Part shown: piece after piece, positions 33,346-45,969 of the stretch
Numbering within the stretch: the stretch's first letter is position 1
Layout of the letters: every line of letters begins with the position of its first letter
DNA from: Malacoraja senta
Lineage: Eukaryota
Direction: 5' to 3'
Assembly (NCBI GenBank): GCA_038087875.1
Contig: JAXLNO010002966.1
Coordinates: 186,001-250,000, forward strand
DNA: 64,000 nt
Notes under the pieces: generated by a model
What the model saw: only the letters and a program-made list of their open reading frames with translations
What the model was told of the DNA's origin: nothing
Database searches by the model: none
Translations under genes and position numbers: made by a program

Positions 33346-34369
33346 TCTTTGGCTTGTTTGTGCCCACGATGTGTCTCTGTGTGTGTCAATCTGGTTAATT
33401 GCTATCTTCTTCCTAATGCTAGGCCACAGCTTTCTCATTTTCACACGTCGTACTCACATTTTTCCCGTGGTGGCGATAAACATCTTCCCGTCACATTTCC
33501 ACCTATATTTCCGAAGTTATTAATCATAACATTTTTTTAAACAGTCTGATTTCTTCAAACTCTTCCATTTTGGAAACAAAATCCGAGTGACTTCACAATG
33601 CACTCGCAAGGCAGGACAGGGCCACTCCAGGAGGGATGGGCACTCCAGTGCTCCAACCCTCCCTCCCCCCCACCCCCCTCCAGTGCACCAATCACGATGG
33701 GCTCTCAAGCTGCCGAGTGCCACCCCCCCCGTCCCCTCCCCCCACCGGGTTATTCATGATTAAAGTTGTTTTTTAAGCCAAACGGTTTGCGTTGGGGGAA
33801 CGGGTGAGTGCTGGAATATTTCGTTGGGGGAGCAGACCCGATCTGCACTTGGTCTAGTATGACAATAAAACAATATTGACTCTTGAATGTACATAAAGTA
33901 TCTTTGGATTCTTCTTTGCCAGAGTTGACAACAAAATTGATAAGTATATTAGGTAATGATAATTGTTGTCTAAGATTACAAAATCATGTTGATCAACCGG
34001 AAAGGTATGGAGGTGAGGGGATGGGAGGTGAGGGGGGGGGGGGGGGGAAGGAATGCCAGTTGAAATCTAACTCAAACAAGTGTGATTTGATGCATTTTGG
34101 GAAGTCAAATCAGGGCTGGCCAAATCTATTGCAGGATTGTAAATGGAGCTGTACCTTGGTGTACAATTACATAGTTCCCTGAAAATGGCATCATAGTTTG
34201 ATAGGGTAGTGAAGGGAATATATGTCTGAAGAATCGCCTCAATCCAAAACGTCACCCATTCCTTCTCTCCAGAAATATTGCCGCCGAGTCTCTCTAGCTT
34301 TTTGTGTCTATCTTCGGTTTAAATTAGCATCTGCTGTTCATTCCTACACAGAGTATATGTTATGCCTTG

Positions 34370-34660
34370 TGTTAAAGAAGGAACTGCAGATGCTGGAAAA
34401 TTGAAGGTACACAAAAATGCTGGAGAAACTCAGCGGGTGCAGCAGCATCTATGGAGCGAAGGAAATAGGTAACGTTTCGGGCCGAAACCCTTCTTCAGAC
34501 TGATAGGGGGTGGGGAGAAGAAAGGAAAAAAGGAAAAAGGCGGAGGAGGAGCCCGAGGGCTGGGGGAGGGGAGGAGACAACCAGATGGCTGATGAAGGGG
34601 AGGGGACAGCAAGGGCTAGCAGAATTGGGAAATTCAATGTTCAGGCCCCCATTATCACAG
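34370..34660 (-). mobile_element. Penelope-like terminal repeat
   Basis: Tail motifs and the end of the GIY-YIG-adjacent sequence. Confidence 0.7.
34471..34498 (-). ncRNA. Minimal type I hammerhead ribozyme motif
   Basis: Minus strand reads CTGAAGA-A-GGGTT-TC-GGCCC-GAAA-CGTT; intact core. Confidence 0.65.
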
Positions 34661-35557
34661 AGATGGGGCAGTTAGAGAGTTGGGTGTGGAACAGTCTCCG
34701 GAGAGAGGAGGAGAACTTCTTCAAAGTAGGCATACCTTGACGAGATTTCGCAGTGGAGTAGACAAAGTGTTAAAGAAGGAACTGTTATGTTATGTATATG
34801 TTATGCCTTGTTTTCCTCAGCCATGGTACTGAGGACTAGGGTTGGGGTGTCATGTTACAGTTGTACAGAATGTTGAACAGGCAACCATTAATCTGTCCAG
34901 GGGCTCAGCTGATTTGTTGCACAATAGACTCTAATCCAAGGTCCGAACTCTGAAAAGAAAATCAAGAAAATCAAGTTGCCACTCATCCAGGGACTGAATA
35001 ACAAAACACATCTTTGTTTTGCTTATCTGGCTTGAGAACTCTTAACATTGATCTATTTTCCTTCATAGTGTAGTCCATTTATAAACTGGCCATCCCCAGA
35101 CATCCTGTGTCCACACTGTTTTCCAAGGGCACCTCGCCTATTTTCAGCTCTGCTCTCAACAAGTATCAATCACATTATCCCTCTCTCTATCTATCATCGC
35201 TCTCCATCTCACTATATATATCTCTCTCTCTATCTCCCTATCTCTCTCCATCTATTTATCTCTCCATCTCTCATCCCTCAGCTCTATCTCTCTTTCCTTC
35301 ATCTCTTTCATTTCTGCAAATTGAAATCATTAATCAGTCTGAGAGCACTGTGTGTGACTGAATGACATCAGAGCATCAGTCCCTGAGGCATACCAATGGT
35401 CACAGGCTTCCTATGTAAAAAAAACAACCCTCCACTACCATTCTCTGACTCCTACCACCAAGCCAACTTTGTGTCCAATTGACTAGCTCACCCTGGATCC
35501 CATGTTTTCCAACCTAATGGACCAGCCACCCATGTGGGGCCTTGCTGAAGGATGGCA

Positions 35558-35854
35558 TGGTGGCATAGTCGTAAGGCTACTGCTTTACAGTGCCAGAGAT
35601 CTGGGTTCAATCCTGACTACAAGTGCTTTCCTATATGGAGTTTGTACGTTCTCCCCTTGACCTGCGTAGGTTTTTTCCAAGATCTTCGGTTTCCTCCCAC
35701 ACTCCAAAGACGTACAGGTTTGTACGTTAATTGGCTTGGTATAAAAGGTAAAATTACCCCTAGTGTGTGTAGGGTAGCGTTAAAATGCGGGGATCGCTGG
35801 TCGGTGCAGGCCCGGTGGGCTGTTTCCTCGCTGTATCTCTAAACTAAACTAAAC
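35558..35854 (+). mobile_element. HE1/V-SINE-like SINE
   Basis: tRNA-like head (ggtggcatagtcgtaaggc..gggttcaatcctgac), central domain and ctaaa tail. Confidence 0.8.
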
Positions 35855-36096
35855 ATAGACAACATCTGTCATCCAATCACACACTGGGCAATTTACAAAA
35901 TTCAATTAACCAACCAACTCGCATGTCTTTGAGATATAGGAGGAACGGAGCATTTGGTGGAGATCCACGTGTCATCGGGAGAACAAGAAAATGATACACG
36001 TTGTACCCGAGATCAGGATTGAATCCAAGTTGCTGTAGCAGAGGGGCACCAAATCTGCTAGTTGCCTCAATGTACTGCCTTTTAAAAAGAAAATTC

Positions 36097-36402
36097 AAAG
36101 CCTGTCCCACTGTACGAGGTAATTCAAGAGCTCTCCCGAGTTAAAAAAATTAAACTCGTGGTAAGCACGTAGAATGTACGTAGCGGGTACGTCGGAGCTC
36201 TGGAAGTCTCCTAGCGGCTCGTAACGCTAACGGCAGGTACTCGGGAAACGCAGTAAGCTCGTGAAGACTCGTGAAGATTTTTCAACATGTTAAAAAATGT
36301 CCACGAGAGCCCAAAGTACCTACGAGCAGCTATTACCGTAATTCTACGAGTTCGAATCAGGGGAAACTCGGGAGAACTCTTGAATTAGCTCGTACAGTGG
36401 GA
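36097..36402. mobile_element. MITE (family of 22704-23017, opposite orientation), right TIR cut at the L1 junction
   Basis: aaagcctgtcccactgtacgaggtaattcaagagc..gaattagctcgtacagtggga, with the final caggccc missing. Confidence 0.8.
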
Positions 36403-39400
36403 GCTAACAATACCTACATAAATAACACTAATATAGCAGATGTTTGGAGAATTGTGAATCCAACTGGCAGGGAATATTCGTTTTACTCAATGGTACATAA
36501 GACATACTCACGTATAGACTACTTTCTGCTGGATACAAAATTAATCCCCCAAACATCTAATGCAATATACCATACAAATTCAATTTCAGACCATTCTCCA
36601 CTAACTTTCTTTTTAAAACTGGAAGGATTGTCTAAGAATAATTCATTCTGGAGATTTAACTCTCAAATTTTAAAAGATCCACAAGCGAGTATATATTTAA
36701 AAGAACAAATGGAGGTCTTTTTTCAAACAAATGATACTTCAGATATATCGCCTACTTTACTTTGGGAATCTTTTAAAGCATACATTAGGGGTATTATAAT
36801 TTCATATCAAGCTTTTCAAAATAAAAAGAATAAGAATGAACAAAGACAGTTAGAAGAACTTATTAGACAAATGGATATAGATAATGCTAAAGATCCATCA
36901 ATAGATAAACATAATAAAATAATAATTTTAAAATTTAAATTAAATAAATTATTATCTGCCAAACTTATAAGACTTTTTCAAATTACAAAACAAGAGCACT
37001 TTGAATTTGGGGATAAACCGCATAAACTTTTGGCTCGCCAGCTAAAAAAACGAGAAAAGGAACATACTATACCAAAGATCAAATCAGATAAAGGGGAATT
37101 ATTAACAACACCGAAGGATATTAATAAAAGATTTGCGCAATTTTACGAGAATTTGTATACATCTAAAACGATAATTGATTCCAATAATATCACAAAGTTC
37201 TTGGATACCTGTAACCTTCCAAAGTTAGAGCTGAAGGAACAAGAGGAACTGGGTGCACAAATCTCAATTAAGGAATTAGAAGATACAATAAACTCACTAA
37301 AAAATGGAAAAACACCAGGCCCTGATGGATTTACTAATGAATTTTATAAAAGCTTTTATGATAAAATAATACCAAGATTACAAAAAATGTACCAATACGC
37401 TTTAAAAAAACGAATACTACCTGATACATTAGCGGAATCAACGATTACATTAATACCTAAGAAAAATAAGGATTTAGAAGAACCTGGCTCATATAGAGCT
37501 ATAGCATTGTTAAACACAGATCAAAAAATATTAGCGAAAACATTAGCCAGAAGATTAAGTAAATACATTAGTAAATTAATAAACCCAGATCAGACAGGGT
37601 TTATCCCTAAGAGATACTCTTCTAATAATATGAGACGTCTACTCAACATAATGCACTCACACAAATCTGAAGATCAAGAATTATCAATTATTTCGCTGGA
37701 TGCTGAAAAAGCATTTGATCAAGTAGAATGGAATTATATGGATAAAGTATTACAAAAATTTCAACTGGGAGAGAATTTTATTTTATGGATTAAGTTACTA
37801 TATAACAAACCTACAGCTAGAATACTTACTAATAACATATTATCCTCGAAATTTCAACTATCAAGGGGAAATAGACAAGGATGCTCATTATCACCACAGC
37901 TGTTTGCTCTCATTATTGAACCGCTAGCAGAAAAAATTAGAATACACCCTGATATTCATGGATATAATACTAAAGACTCATATAATAAAATATCTTTATA
38001 CGCGGATGATATATTATTGTATATTACAAAACCTCAAATCACTATACCAAATATATTAAATTTAATTGAAGACTTCGGATCTTTTTCTGGATATAGAATA
38101 AATTGGAATAAAAGTGAAATTATGTCAATAAAACCGAAAGATTCAACACATCTTTTAAAATTCCCTTTTAAAATAGCTACAGAAAAATTTAAATATTTGG
38201 GAATCGAAATTACCAGAGCATATCAAGGTATGTTCAGGGCAAATTTTGACCCCCTACTTAATAAACTGAATACATTAATTAAATTCTGGAAAACGCTCCC
38301 GATGTCTTTAATAGGCCGAATAAACGCAATAAAAATGATCTTTTTACCACAAATTTTATACCTATTTCAATCAATTCCTATATACTTACCTAAGAAGTTT
38401 TTTAAAAAACTCGACTCAGATATCACTAATTTTATATGGGACTATAAATCACATAGAATACAAAAAACCCATCTGAATAAATCTAAAGTATTGGGGGGTC
38501 TAGCACTACCTAATTTTATGTATTATTATTGGTCAGTAAATATTAAAAACATGATTCAACTGATGGATAACTCCGCCCAGCAAGTAGACTGGATTGTAAT
38601 GGAGAAAGAGGATTGCTCCTCTAGAAACATTGGAGCGATCCTCCTCTCTCCAATGAAATTGAATAACATAAACTATAATAAGAACCCAATTATTCATAGT
38701 ACAATCCGTATTTGGAAACAAATAAAACAAAATTTTAAAATTAAGAAACTTATCACTTTTATTACCTATAGTCAATAACCCTTCGTTTAGTCCTTCTATT
38801 ATAGATAAAGCTTATACACAATGGGATAGACTAGGAATTAAAACGCTTGGTGACTTGTATGAAACTGGAAAATTACTTTCATTTCAACATTTACAAATAA
38901 AATATAAACTCGGAAATAATCAATATTTTAAATACTTTCAAATATGCGACTATTTGAAAAAATATACAAAAGATCATCATAATAACCCAGCAGATGTACT
39001 GGACGAGGCAATGCAGATAAAAGCGGAATCAGCAAACTTAATATCATATTTGTACAATATTATCTTAAATGCACAAATACCATCTACGGAGGGTATCAGA
39101 AGAGACTGGGAACAAGAGTTAGCTATTAAAATTTCAAAGGAAAGTTGGAATGAATACTTATTAAAAGTGCATAAATGCTCGATTAATGTAAGACACACTT
39201 TAATACAATTTAAAATTTTACATAGATTATATTACTCGAAAACTAAAATTCATAAAATTTTCCCAAACGTATCATCTATTTGTGATAAATGTCAATCCCA
39301 AGAAGCAACTATAGCGCACTCATTTGTCTTCTGTACAAAAATTCAAAAATTTTGGAATGAAATTTTTGAAATCTTTACAAAGTTATTTAAAACAAGACTG

Positions 39401-40064
39401 ATACCCAAAGCAGAATGGATTATCTTCGGAATAACGGAAGATGATCCAGAACTAAATGTGTTTCAAAAGAAATTAATGGATTATGGGTTAATAACTGGAA
39501 AAAAGCTAATTCTAAAATTTTGGAAGAAGGCTCCAATACCAACTATAAATATGTGGATTTCAAATATGTTTGAAACATTACACCTTGAAGAGATAAGACT
39601 CCTCCTAGCAGGTAAACCAGATCACTTCCACCTGACGTGGTCTGCATTTATAGAATTATTACAAACATAGGGTGCAAAAGTACTTTAAAAAAATAAAAAA
39701 TTGAGGTCGGGTAAGGGGGGATGATAGTTGAAGAGTTCGTATGTCCTATTTACGTGATGCTCAAAAAAAAAAAAAACATTTGTTTCTCTTTTTTTCTCTT
39801 TCTCTTTTCTTTTCTTAGGGCCTTTTTCTTAACTCTTTTTCTTTTTGTTTTTAATTTCGCTCTTATAGGGTCTTCGTCCTTTTTTGTTGTTACATTTTCT
39901 ACACTTTTCTACACTTGCACTTTTTCCTTCACTTTCTTCTCTCTTTCAATCTTTTCTTTCTCTAGTGTAAAAATAAAAATAAAGGGAGTACATTAATTGT
40001 AAGAAGATATAAATGACGAGTATTAATGTATGTGGTTGTAATGTAATGTACTTCTAATAAATAA

Positions 40065-40106
<42 letters not shown>
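36403..40106 (+). mobile_element. Young L1 LINE, truncated inside the endonuclease domain; ORF2 has one visible frameshift
   Basis: DVWR..YSFYS..YSRIDYFL..SDHSP endonuclease end; KTPGPDGFTNEFYK, SLDAEKAFD, RQGCSLSP, LYADD RT; +1 frameshift near 38733; CDKC..HSFVFC; stop at 39668-39670; AATAAA and a 37-nt poly(A) at 40070-40106. Confidence 0.95.
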
Positions 40107-40109
<3 letters not shown>

Positions 40110-40931
40110 ACAAACCAATTAACCTACAAACCTGTACGTCTTTGGAGTGTGGGAGGAAACTGGAGCACCCAGAGAAAACCCATGCGTTCACCCAACATAC
40201 AAACACCGTGCAGACCGCACCCATAGTCAGGATCGAACCCTGGTGTCTGTTGCTATAAGGCAGCAACTCTACCGCTGCGTCACCCTGCCGCCCCTAAGTA
40301 TAGATATAGGGAAAGATACAGCAGCCTGAAAACCGTGACAACCAGATTCAAGAATAGCCTCTTCTCAGCAAACATCAGGCTCTTCAACACCGCACAAAAC
40401 TAACTTCAGCATCTATGATCATCTACGGACTGTCTTTGAATGTACTATGAATTTAGTTTTTTGCACTATTATGATAGTCCAGTATTACAGTTATTAATTT
40501 ATTGTTTTATTGGTTGTTTTATATTATCTCTGTGTTATTGCAGTTACATGCAGGTGAAGCTGCAGCAAGTAAGAATTTTGTTGTTCTATTGTTGATACAT
40601 ATGACAATTAAACGACTCTTACCTCACATTTGATTTTGGGTAAAGCTCACTCCATATTACACCCATCATACACTCGGGAAAAGTACAAGGAACAAGTACA
40701 TGTTTAAGAAAGAACTGCAGATGCTGGAAAAATCCAAGGTGTACAACTTGATGTTTGAATTATGTTCTTCAACCAGTTTAGACCAGTTTAGTTCAGAGAT
40801 ACAGCACGGAAACAGGCCCTTCGGCCCCACCGAGTCTGTGCTGACCAGCGATCCCCGCACACTAACACTATCCTACACATACACAGGGGGACAATTTACA
40901 ATCTTTACCAGAAACCAATTAACCTACAAAC

Positions 40932-40969
<38 letters not shown>

Positions 40970-41287
40970 CCTCCTTCTCCCCCTCCTTTTTCCTCTCCAT
41001 CCCACCCTCAATACACCAAACAACAACACAAACGCACTCCGGAAGCAACATTGGGCGTTTCGCCCTCCACCCGGACGCCTGAGACCCACCGTCCCACGTT
41101 GCCAGCGCCGGTGCCCCTCCCCTCCCCTTCCGCCGGAAGCGCCTTTGTGGACAACAAAGATACTCGAGGACAAAGTGTTGAAGAAGGAACTGCAGATCAA
41201 AGATTATATGGCGGATCCTCTAATATCTTTGCTGCAGATGCTGGAAAATGGAAGGTAAACAAATGCTGGAGAAACTCAGCGGGTGCA

Positions 41288-41384
41288 GCAGCATCTATGG
41301 AGCGAAGGAAATAGGCAACGTTTCGGGCCCAAACCCTTCTTCAGACTGAAACGTTGCCTATTTCCTCCGCTCCATAGATGCTGC
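41288..41384. mobile_element. Foldback of Penelope-like terminal repeats with 37-bp arms
   Basis: 41288-41324 is the near-perfect reverse complement of 41348-41384; the hammerhead spans the left arm and the loop. Confidence 0.8.
41317..41344 (-). ncRNA. Minimal type I hammerhead ribozyme motif
   Basis: Minus strand reads CTGAAGA-A-GGGTT-TG-GGCCC-GAAA-CGTT. Confidence 0.62.
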
Positions 41385-41419
41385 ATTTGTGTTTACCTAC
41401 TAGAGGAGCGGCTTGGTTG

Positions 41420-41720
41420 TTATCATAGAAACATAGACAATAGGGGCAGGAGGAGGCCCTTCGGCCCTTCGAGCCTGCACTGCCATTCATTGTGATCATG
41501 GCTGATCGTCCCCTATCAATACCCCGTGCCTGCTTTCTCCCCATATCCCTTGATTCCACTGGCCCCTAGAGCTCTATCTAACTCTCTTAAATCCATCCAG
41601 TGATTTGGCCTCCACTGCACTCTGTGGCAGGGAATTCCACAAATTCACAACTCTCTGGGTGAAAAAGTTTGTTGTCACCTCAGTCTTAAATGGCCTCCCC
41701 TTTATTCTAAGATGTATGTA
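41420..41720 (-). mobile_element. CR1 3' fragment
   Basis: Near-identical in text to the CR1 tail at 27790-28100. Confidence 0.8.
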
Positions 41721-42440
41721 TTCTGGAATTCATGTATAGCCTTTCCACTGACTGGATAGCCCACACCAAAAAACCTCTTCACTGTTGGTCCGGCAAAACA
41801 GATAATCCAGAAAGGCTCTGGAACCAAGGATGCTGGAAAATCAGTAGTGGAGATAACAGATATTGAAGGTAAATATCCTGTATGCCTTCTTTACCACCTT
41901 AAATGTTGCCAATTTCAAGGATCCTCGTACTCCAGAGTCCCCATTCCTCAATACTCCGTTGGAATCCACCATTCCAAACGCATTCCCACCGTGAATAGCC
42001 CTCACCAAGTACTTCACCTCACACTGGTGAGGAATATAGTCTATCTTCCATTGTTCTACCTACGGCATGTGTGTGCCTTTAAGAAATGTGTCCCGGGCCT
42101 CCTCCTTTGCCAGATTGAGGCTGTACACAACATGGAGGAACAACTTACTACCCAGTGATGTAAACATTGGATTCTCTGAGTTAAGGTAACTTCTACATAT
42201 GCTCCCCTTCATCTAACAGAATGAAGGGATATGGGGAGAAAGCAGGAACGGGGTACTGATTCTGGATGATCAGCCATGATCATATTGAATGGCGGTGCTG
42301 GCTCAAAGGGCCATATGGCCTACTCCTGCACCTATTTTCTATGTTTCTGTACTGTCCTTGCCTGAGGTAATCTGTTGCCGGTCCTGATTTGTCCTGGTCC
42401 TTTCTTGCTTCCAATCCACCCCCTCCCACGCACAATCAGT

Positions 42441-42468
42441 CCGAAGAAGGGTCCTGATCCGAAACGTC
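42441..42468 (+). ncRNA. Hammerhead motif with a U4C core variant
   Basis: CCGAAGA-A-GGGTC-CT-GATCC-GAAA-CGTC. Confidence 0.45.
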
Positions 42469-42614
42469 ACCTATCCATGTTCTCCAGAGATGTTACCTGT
42501 CCCGCTGAGTTACTCCAACACTCTGTGAAACGTCACCTATCCATTTTCTCCAGAGATGCTGGCTCACCTGCTGAGTTACTCCAGCACTTTGTGTCTATCA
42601 TTAAGAACCTTTGG

Positions 42615-42860
42615 TGCGACAGACCCTGGTTCGATCCTGACTACGGGTGCTGTCTCTACGGAGTTCGTATGTTCTCCCCGTGACCGCGTGGGTTTTCTCC
42701 GGGTGCTCCGGTTTCTTCCCACATCCCAAAGACATGGAGGTTTGTAGGTTAATTGGCTTCTGTACATTGTCCCTAGTGTGTAGGATGATCATTGGCTGGA
42801 GCGGACTCAGTGGGCCGAAGGACCTGTTTCCACGCTGTATCACTCAACTAAACTAATTAT
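42615..42860 (+). mobile_element. HE1/V-SINE-like SINE, head partly missing
   Basis: ggttcgatcctgactacgggtgctgtc..ggtttgtaggttaattggc..ctaaa tail. Confidence 0.8.
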
Positions 42861-43499
42861 TTGGTTTTGCAAAGCTTGAAGATGTAAGAGAAAATAAGGT
42901 GGAGTAATCTCCAAAGTTTAAAAGTTTTAATGTATCTGAGAACCAAGTGAAAATAGAATGGGTACACACGGAATGTTGATGTTGGAATCTGGAGCAAAAC
43001 ACAAAGTGCTGGAGTAACTCAGCAGGTTAGGCAGCATCTGTGGAAGGAATGGGCAGGCAAAGTCATTAGAATGGGCATCCAAAGATGTACAGATTATTGG
43101 CTTCTGTAAATTGGCCCAAGTGTTTAGGATAGTACTAGTGTACAGGTGATCGCTGGTCAGCGTGGACTCGGTGGGCCGAAGGGCCCATTTCTACGCTGTA
43201 TCTCTGAAAGCAAAACTAAAAGGTATGTAGCATGACTTTTGCGACGTTTTGCATCAGCATCTTTTGATCATTTCAGTGTTCATCAGGGTTAAACACTGTT
43301 TGACTAGCAGTTTAGAAGCATAATTAGATCACAATATAGGAAGAGTTTACAGACCATACATGAGAAGACCATACATGAGAAGTTGCACATTCCATGACTA
43401 TTCATGTTTAAAAGAACATATTAATCAAAATGCTAAACTGATTTCTGGACTTGTTGTGAATCTCACTTCTCCAATTCATTTGGATCATTAGACTATTTA

Positions 43500-43905
43500 T
43501 GGGAAACATCTGTCTAACCAGAACCAGCGACGGCTGGTAGGGTGGAAGGTGAGGACAAGGGGGATTCTGTCCTTGTTACGAGTAGGGGGATGGGGAGTGA
43601 GAGCAGAACTGCGGGATATAGATGAGACCCTGGTGAGAGCCTCATCTATAATCGAAGAGGGGAACCCCCGTTCCCTAAAGAATGAGGACTTCTCCGATGC
43701 CCTGGTCTGGAACACCTCATCCTGGGTGCAGATGCGGTGTAGACGGAGGAATTGGGAGTGGGGGAGGAATGGGTAGAAGGGAGAATATGAAAACAAAGAA
43801 CTACTGATGCTGGACATAAAATGCTGGAGTAACTCAGCAGGTCAGACAGCATCTCTGGATAGAAGGAATGGGTGACGTTTCGGGTCGAGACCCTTCTTCA
43901 GACTG
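43500..43905 (-). mobile_element. Penelope-like fragment (thumb/linker region) plus terminal repeat
   Basis: SQFLRLHRIC..F..RGFPSSIIDEAL..RIPLVLTFHP. Confidence 0.8.
43874..43901 (-). ncRNA. Minimal type I hammerhead ribozyme motif, best copy in the window
   Basis: Minus strand reads CTGAAGA-A-GGGTC-TC-GACCC-GAAA-CGTC: perfect stem II, palindromic ACGT stem III and a GUC triplet. Confidence 0.72.
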
Positions 43906-44544
43906 CTCCACTGCAGATGCTGGTCTACACAAAATATCTGAGTGGGACAGTATCTCTGGAGAACATGGATAGGCAATGTTTTGGGTCGGTAATAATGTTA
44001 ATTGTATCCCTTCGTTATAACCACTTCCCCAGCCAACAATGGGCCATTATGGGCTCCACCCTTCCTTGGTCATCTGTTGCTGGCCCTGATTTGTTCTATA
44101 TTGGTCCGTGTGTTTAAGAGAGTTAGATTTAGCTCTTAGGGCTAATGGAATCAAGAGATATGGGGAGAAATCAGGAACAGGGTACTGATTCTGGATGATC
44201 AGCCATGATCATATTAAATGGCGGTGCTAGCTCAAAGGTTCGAATGGCCTACTCCTGCACCTATTTTCTATGTTTCTATTCTATTCTTACCTCCAATTCC
44301 CTCCCCTCTATTTTCAGTCTGAAGGAGAGTCCCGACCCGAAACGTCACCCACGTTAGAGCTGCTGCCTTACAGTGCCAGAGACCCAGGTTCGATCCACAC
44401 TATGAGTGCTGTCTGTATGGAGTTTTACGTTCTCCCCGTGACCTTTGTGGGATTTCGCCAAGTGCTCCGGTTTCCTCCCACATGCCAAAGACGCTAGGGT
44501 TTTAATTGGCTTCGGTAAAAATTATAAATTACCCCGAATTGGTA

Positions 44545-45070
44545 AAGCTGCATCAATCTTCAGATAAATGCAGCCAACATGGTCTAGTGGTGGGATATCC
44601 AAGATGCTAAAAGTCAAACTCTTCCAGTCCGCAGTCCTCCCTACAGCCCTCTGTGCCACTGACACATGGAAAATCAATGTGAAGATGAAAAAGAAATTGG
44701 ATGCATCCCAACAACGTTGCTTGAGGAGGATCCTGAAGACTAGCTACAGAGACCACATCACAAACGAGATCTACCAGGGAAACTGCAACAAAGCCTCTCA
44801 GCCAGGACATGGAGGGACGCAGGATGAAATCTGCAGGACATGTACTCAGAATCTCACCAGAACGTGCACCTAAGATAGCAATGACATGGCAAGCTGATGG
44901 AAGAAGGAAAAGAGGCCGAACAAAACTCACATGAGGTGAACATTCTGGTAGGATTTGGAAGCCCGGGACGCTAACCTATCGAGGGTGGAAGACGTCGCAC
45001 ATAACCGAACAGAATGGCGAAAGCTTGCTGCCCAATGCACTCAACAGTGTGGGAGGAACTAAGTCTAAGT
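44545..45070 (+). mobile_element. RTE-clade LINE 3' end inserted into a SINE
   Basis: KVKLFQSAVLP..DTW..KKLDASQQRCLRRIL..WRKLAAQC..GRN, ending in ctaagtctaagt. SINE 5' part at 44355-44535 and 3' part at 45072-45175. Confidence 0.7.
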
Positions 45071-45774
45071 ATGTAAGTGTGTGTAGGATAGCGTTAGTGT
45101 GCAGGGATCGCTAATCGGCATGGACTCGGTGGGCTGAAGGGGCCGGTTTCCGTGCTGTATATCTAAACAAAACAAAAAAATCACCCATTGTTTTTCTCCA
45201 GATATGCTGCCCGGCCCATTGAGTAACTCCAGCACTTTGTGTCTATCACGATAATGTTATTGAAGGGAGTTACCATAAATAGTGCGTGAACAGCTTATTG
45301 GGAAATCAGGCTTGTGCTTGGATCTGTGATGTGTAAGAGATGGCTGTACTCCCAATACCTAATCCATACCATGGAACCAAACTCAGAACAAATAAAGAAC
45401 ATGCAGAGAGCAGCGGTTAAGGTCAGAGCAGAAAAATAACAGCAGCCAAAGCCTTGTGCCTTAAAACTCTCAAAACTTTATTTCAAAAAACAAATTGATG
45501 AAATTCATTTATAATAGCTATTTTCTTAAACAACAAATTAAAAACAAGGAATATTGAAAACTATTTACAAAAGTATACACACAGAAAGTTTCACTGATAC
45601 CACAGGCAATTTGTGTTTAACATCTGTGTCCAATACCGTAGATACATTTTCTTTTTACATTAATGCACTCAATGCTGAGAGAAAGTGCCGAGATTTTGAA
45701 ACTTTCATGTAGGTGGTGGTTTGGGGCAGTCCGTGTCTGATGAACATGTTAGTTACCGGTGCTTCAGCAAAGGT

Positions 45775-45969
45775 NNNNNNNNNNNNNNNNNNNNNNNNNN
45801 NNNNNNNNNNNNNNNNNNNNNNNNNNNNNNNNNNNNNNNNNNNNNNNNNNNNNNNNNNNNNNNNNNNNNNNNNNNNNNNNNNNNNNNNNNNNNNNNNNNN
45901 NNNNNNNNNNNNNNNNNNNNNNNNNNNNNNNNNNNNNNNNNNNNNNNNNNNNNNNNNNNNNNNNNNNNN
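45775..45969. other. Assembly gap (195 N)
   Basis: Run of N. Confidence 1.

Noticed and set aside
36271-38778. 835-aa ORF as an intact or novel fusion gene
   Set aside because: The first ~44 codons are MITE sequence read from a GTG and happen to be in frame with a 5'-truncated L1 ORF2, which also frameshifts near 38733.
7846-44535. tRNA-like heads as tRNA genes
   Set aside because: They run into SINE bodies and tails and lack a complete cloverleaf.
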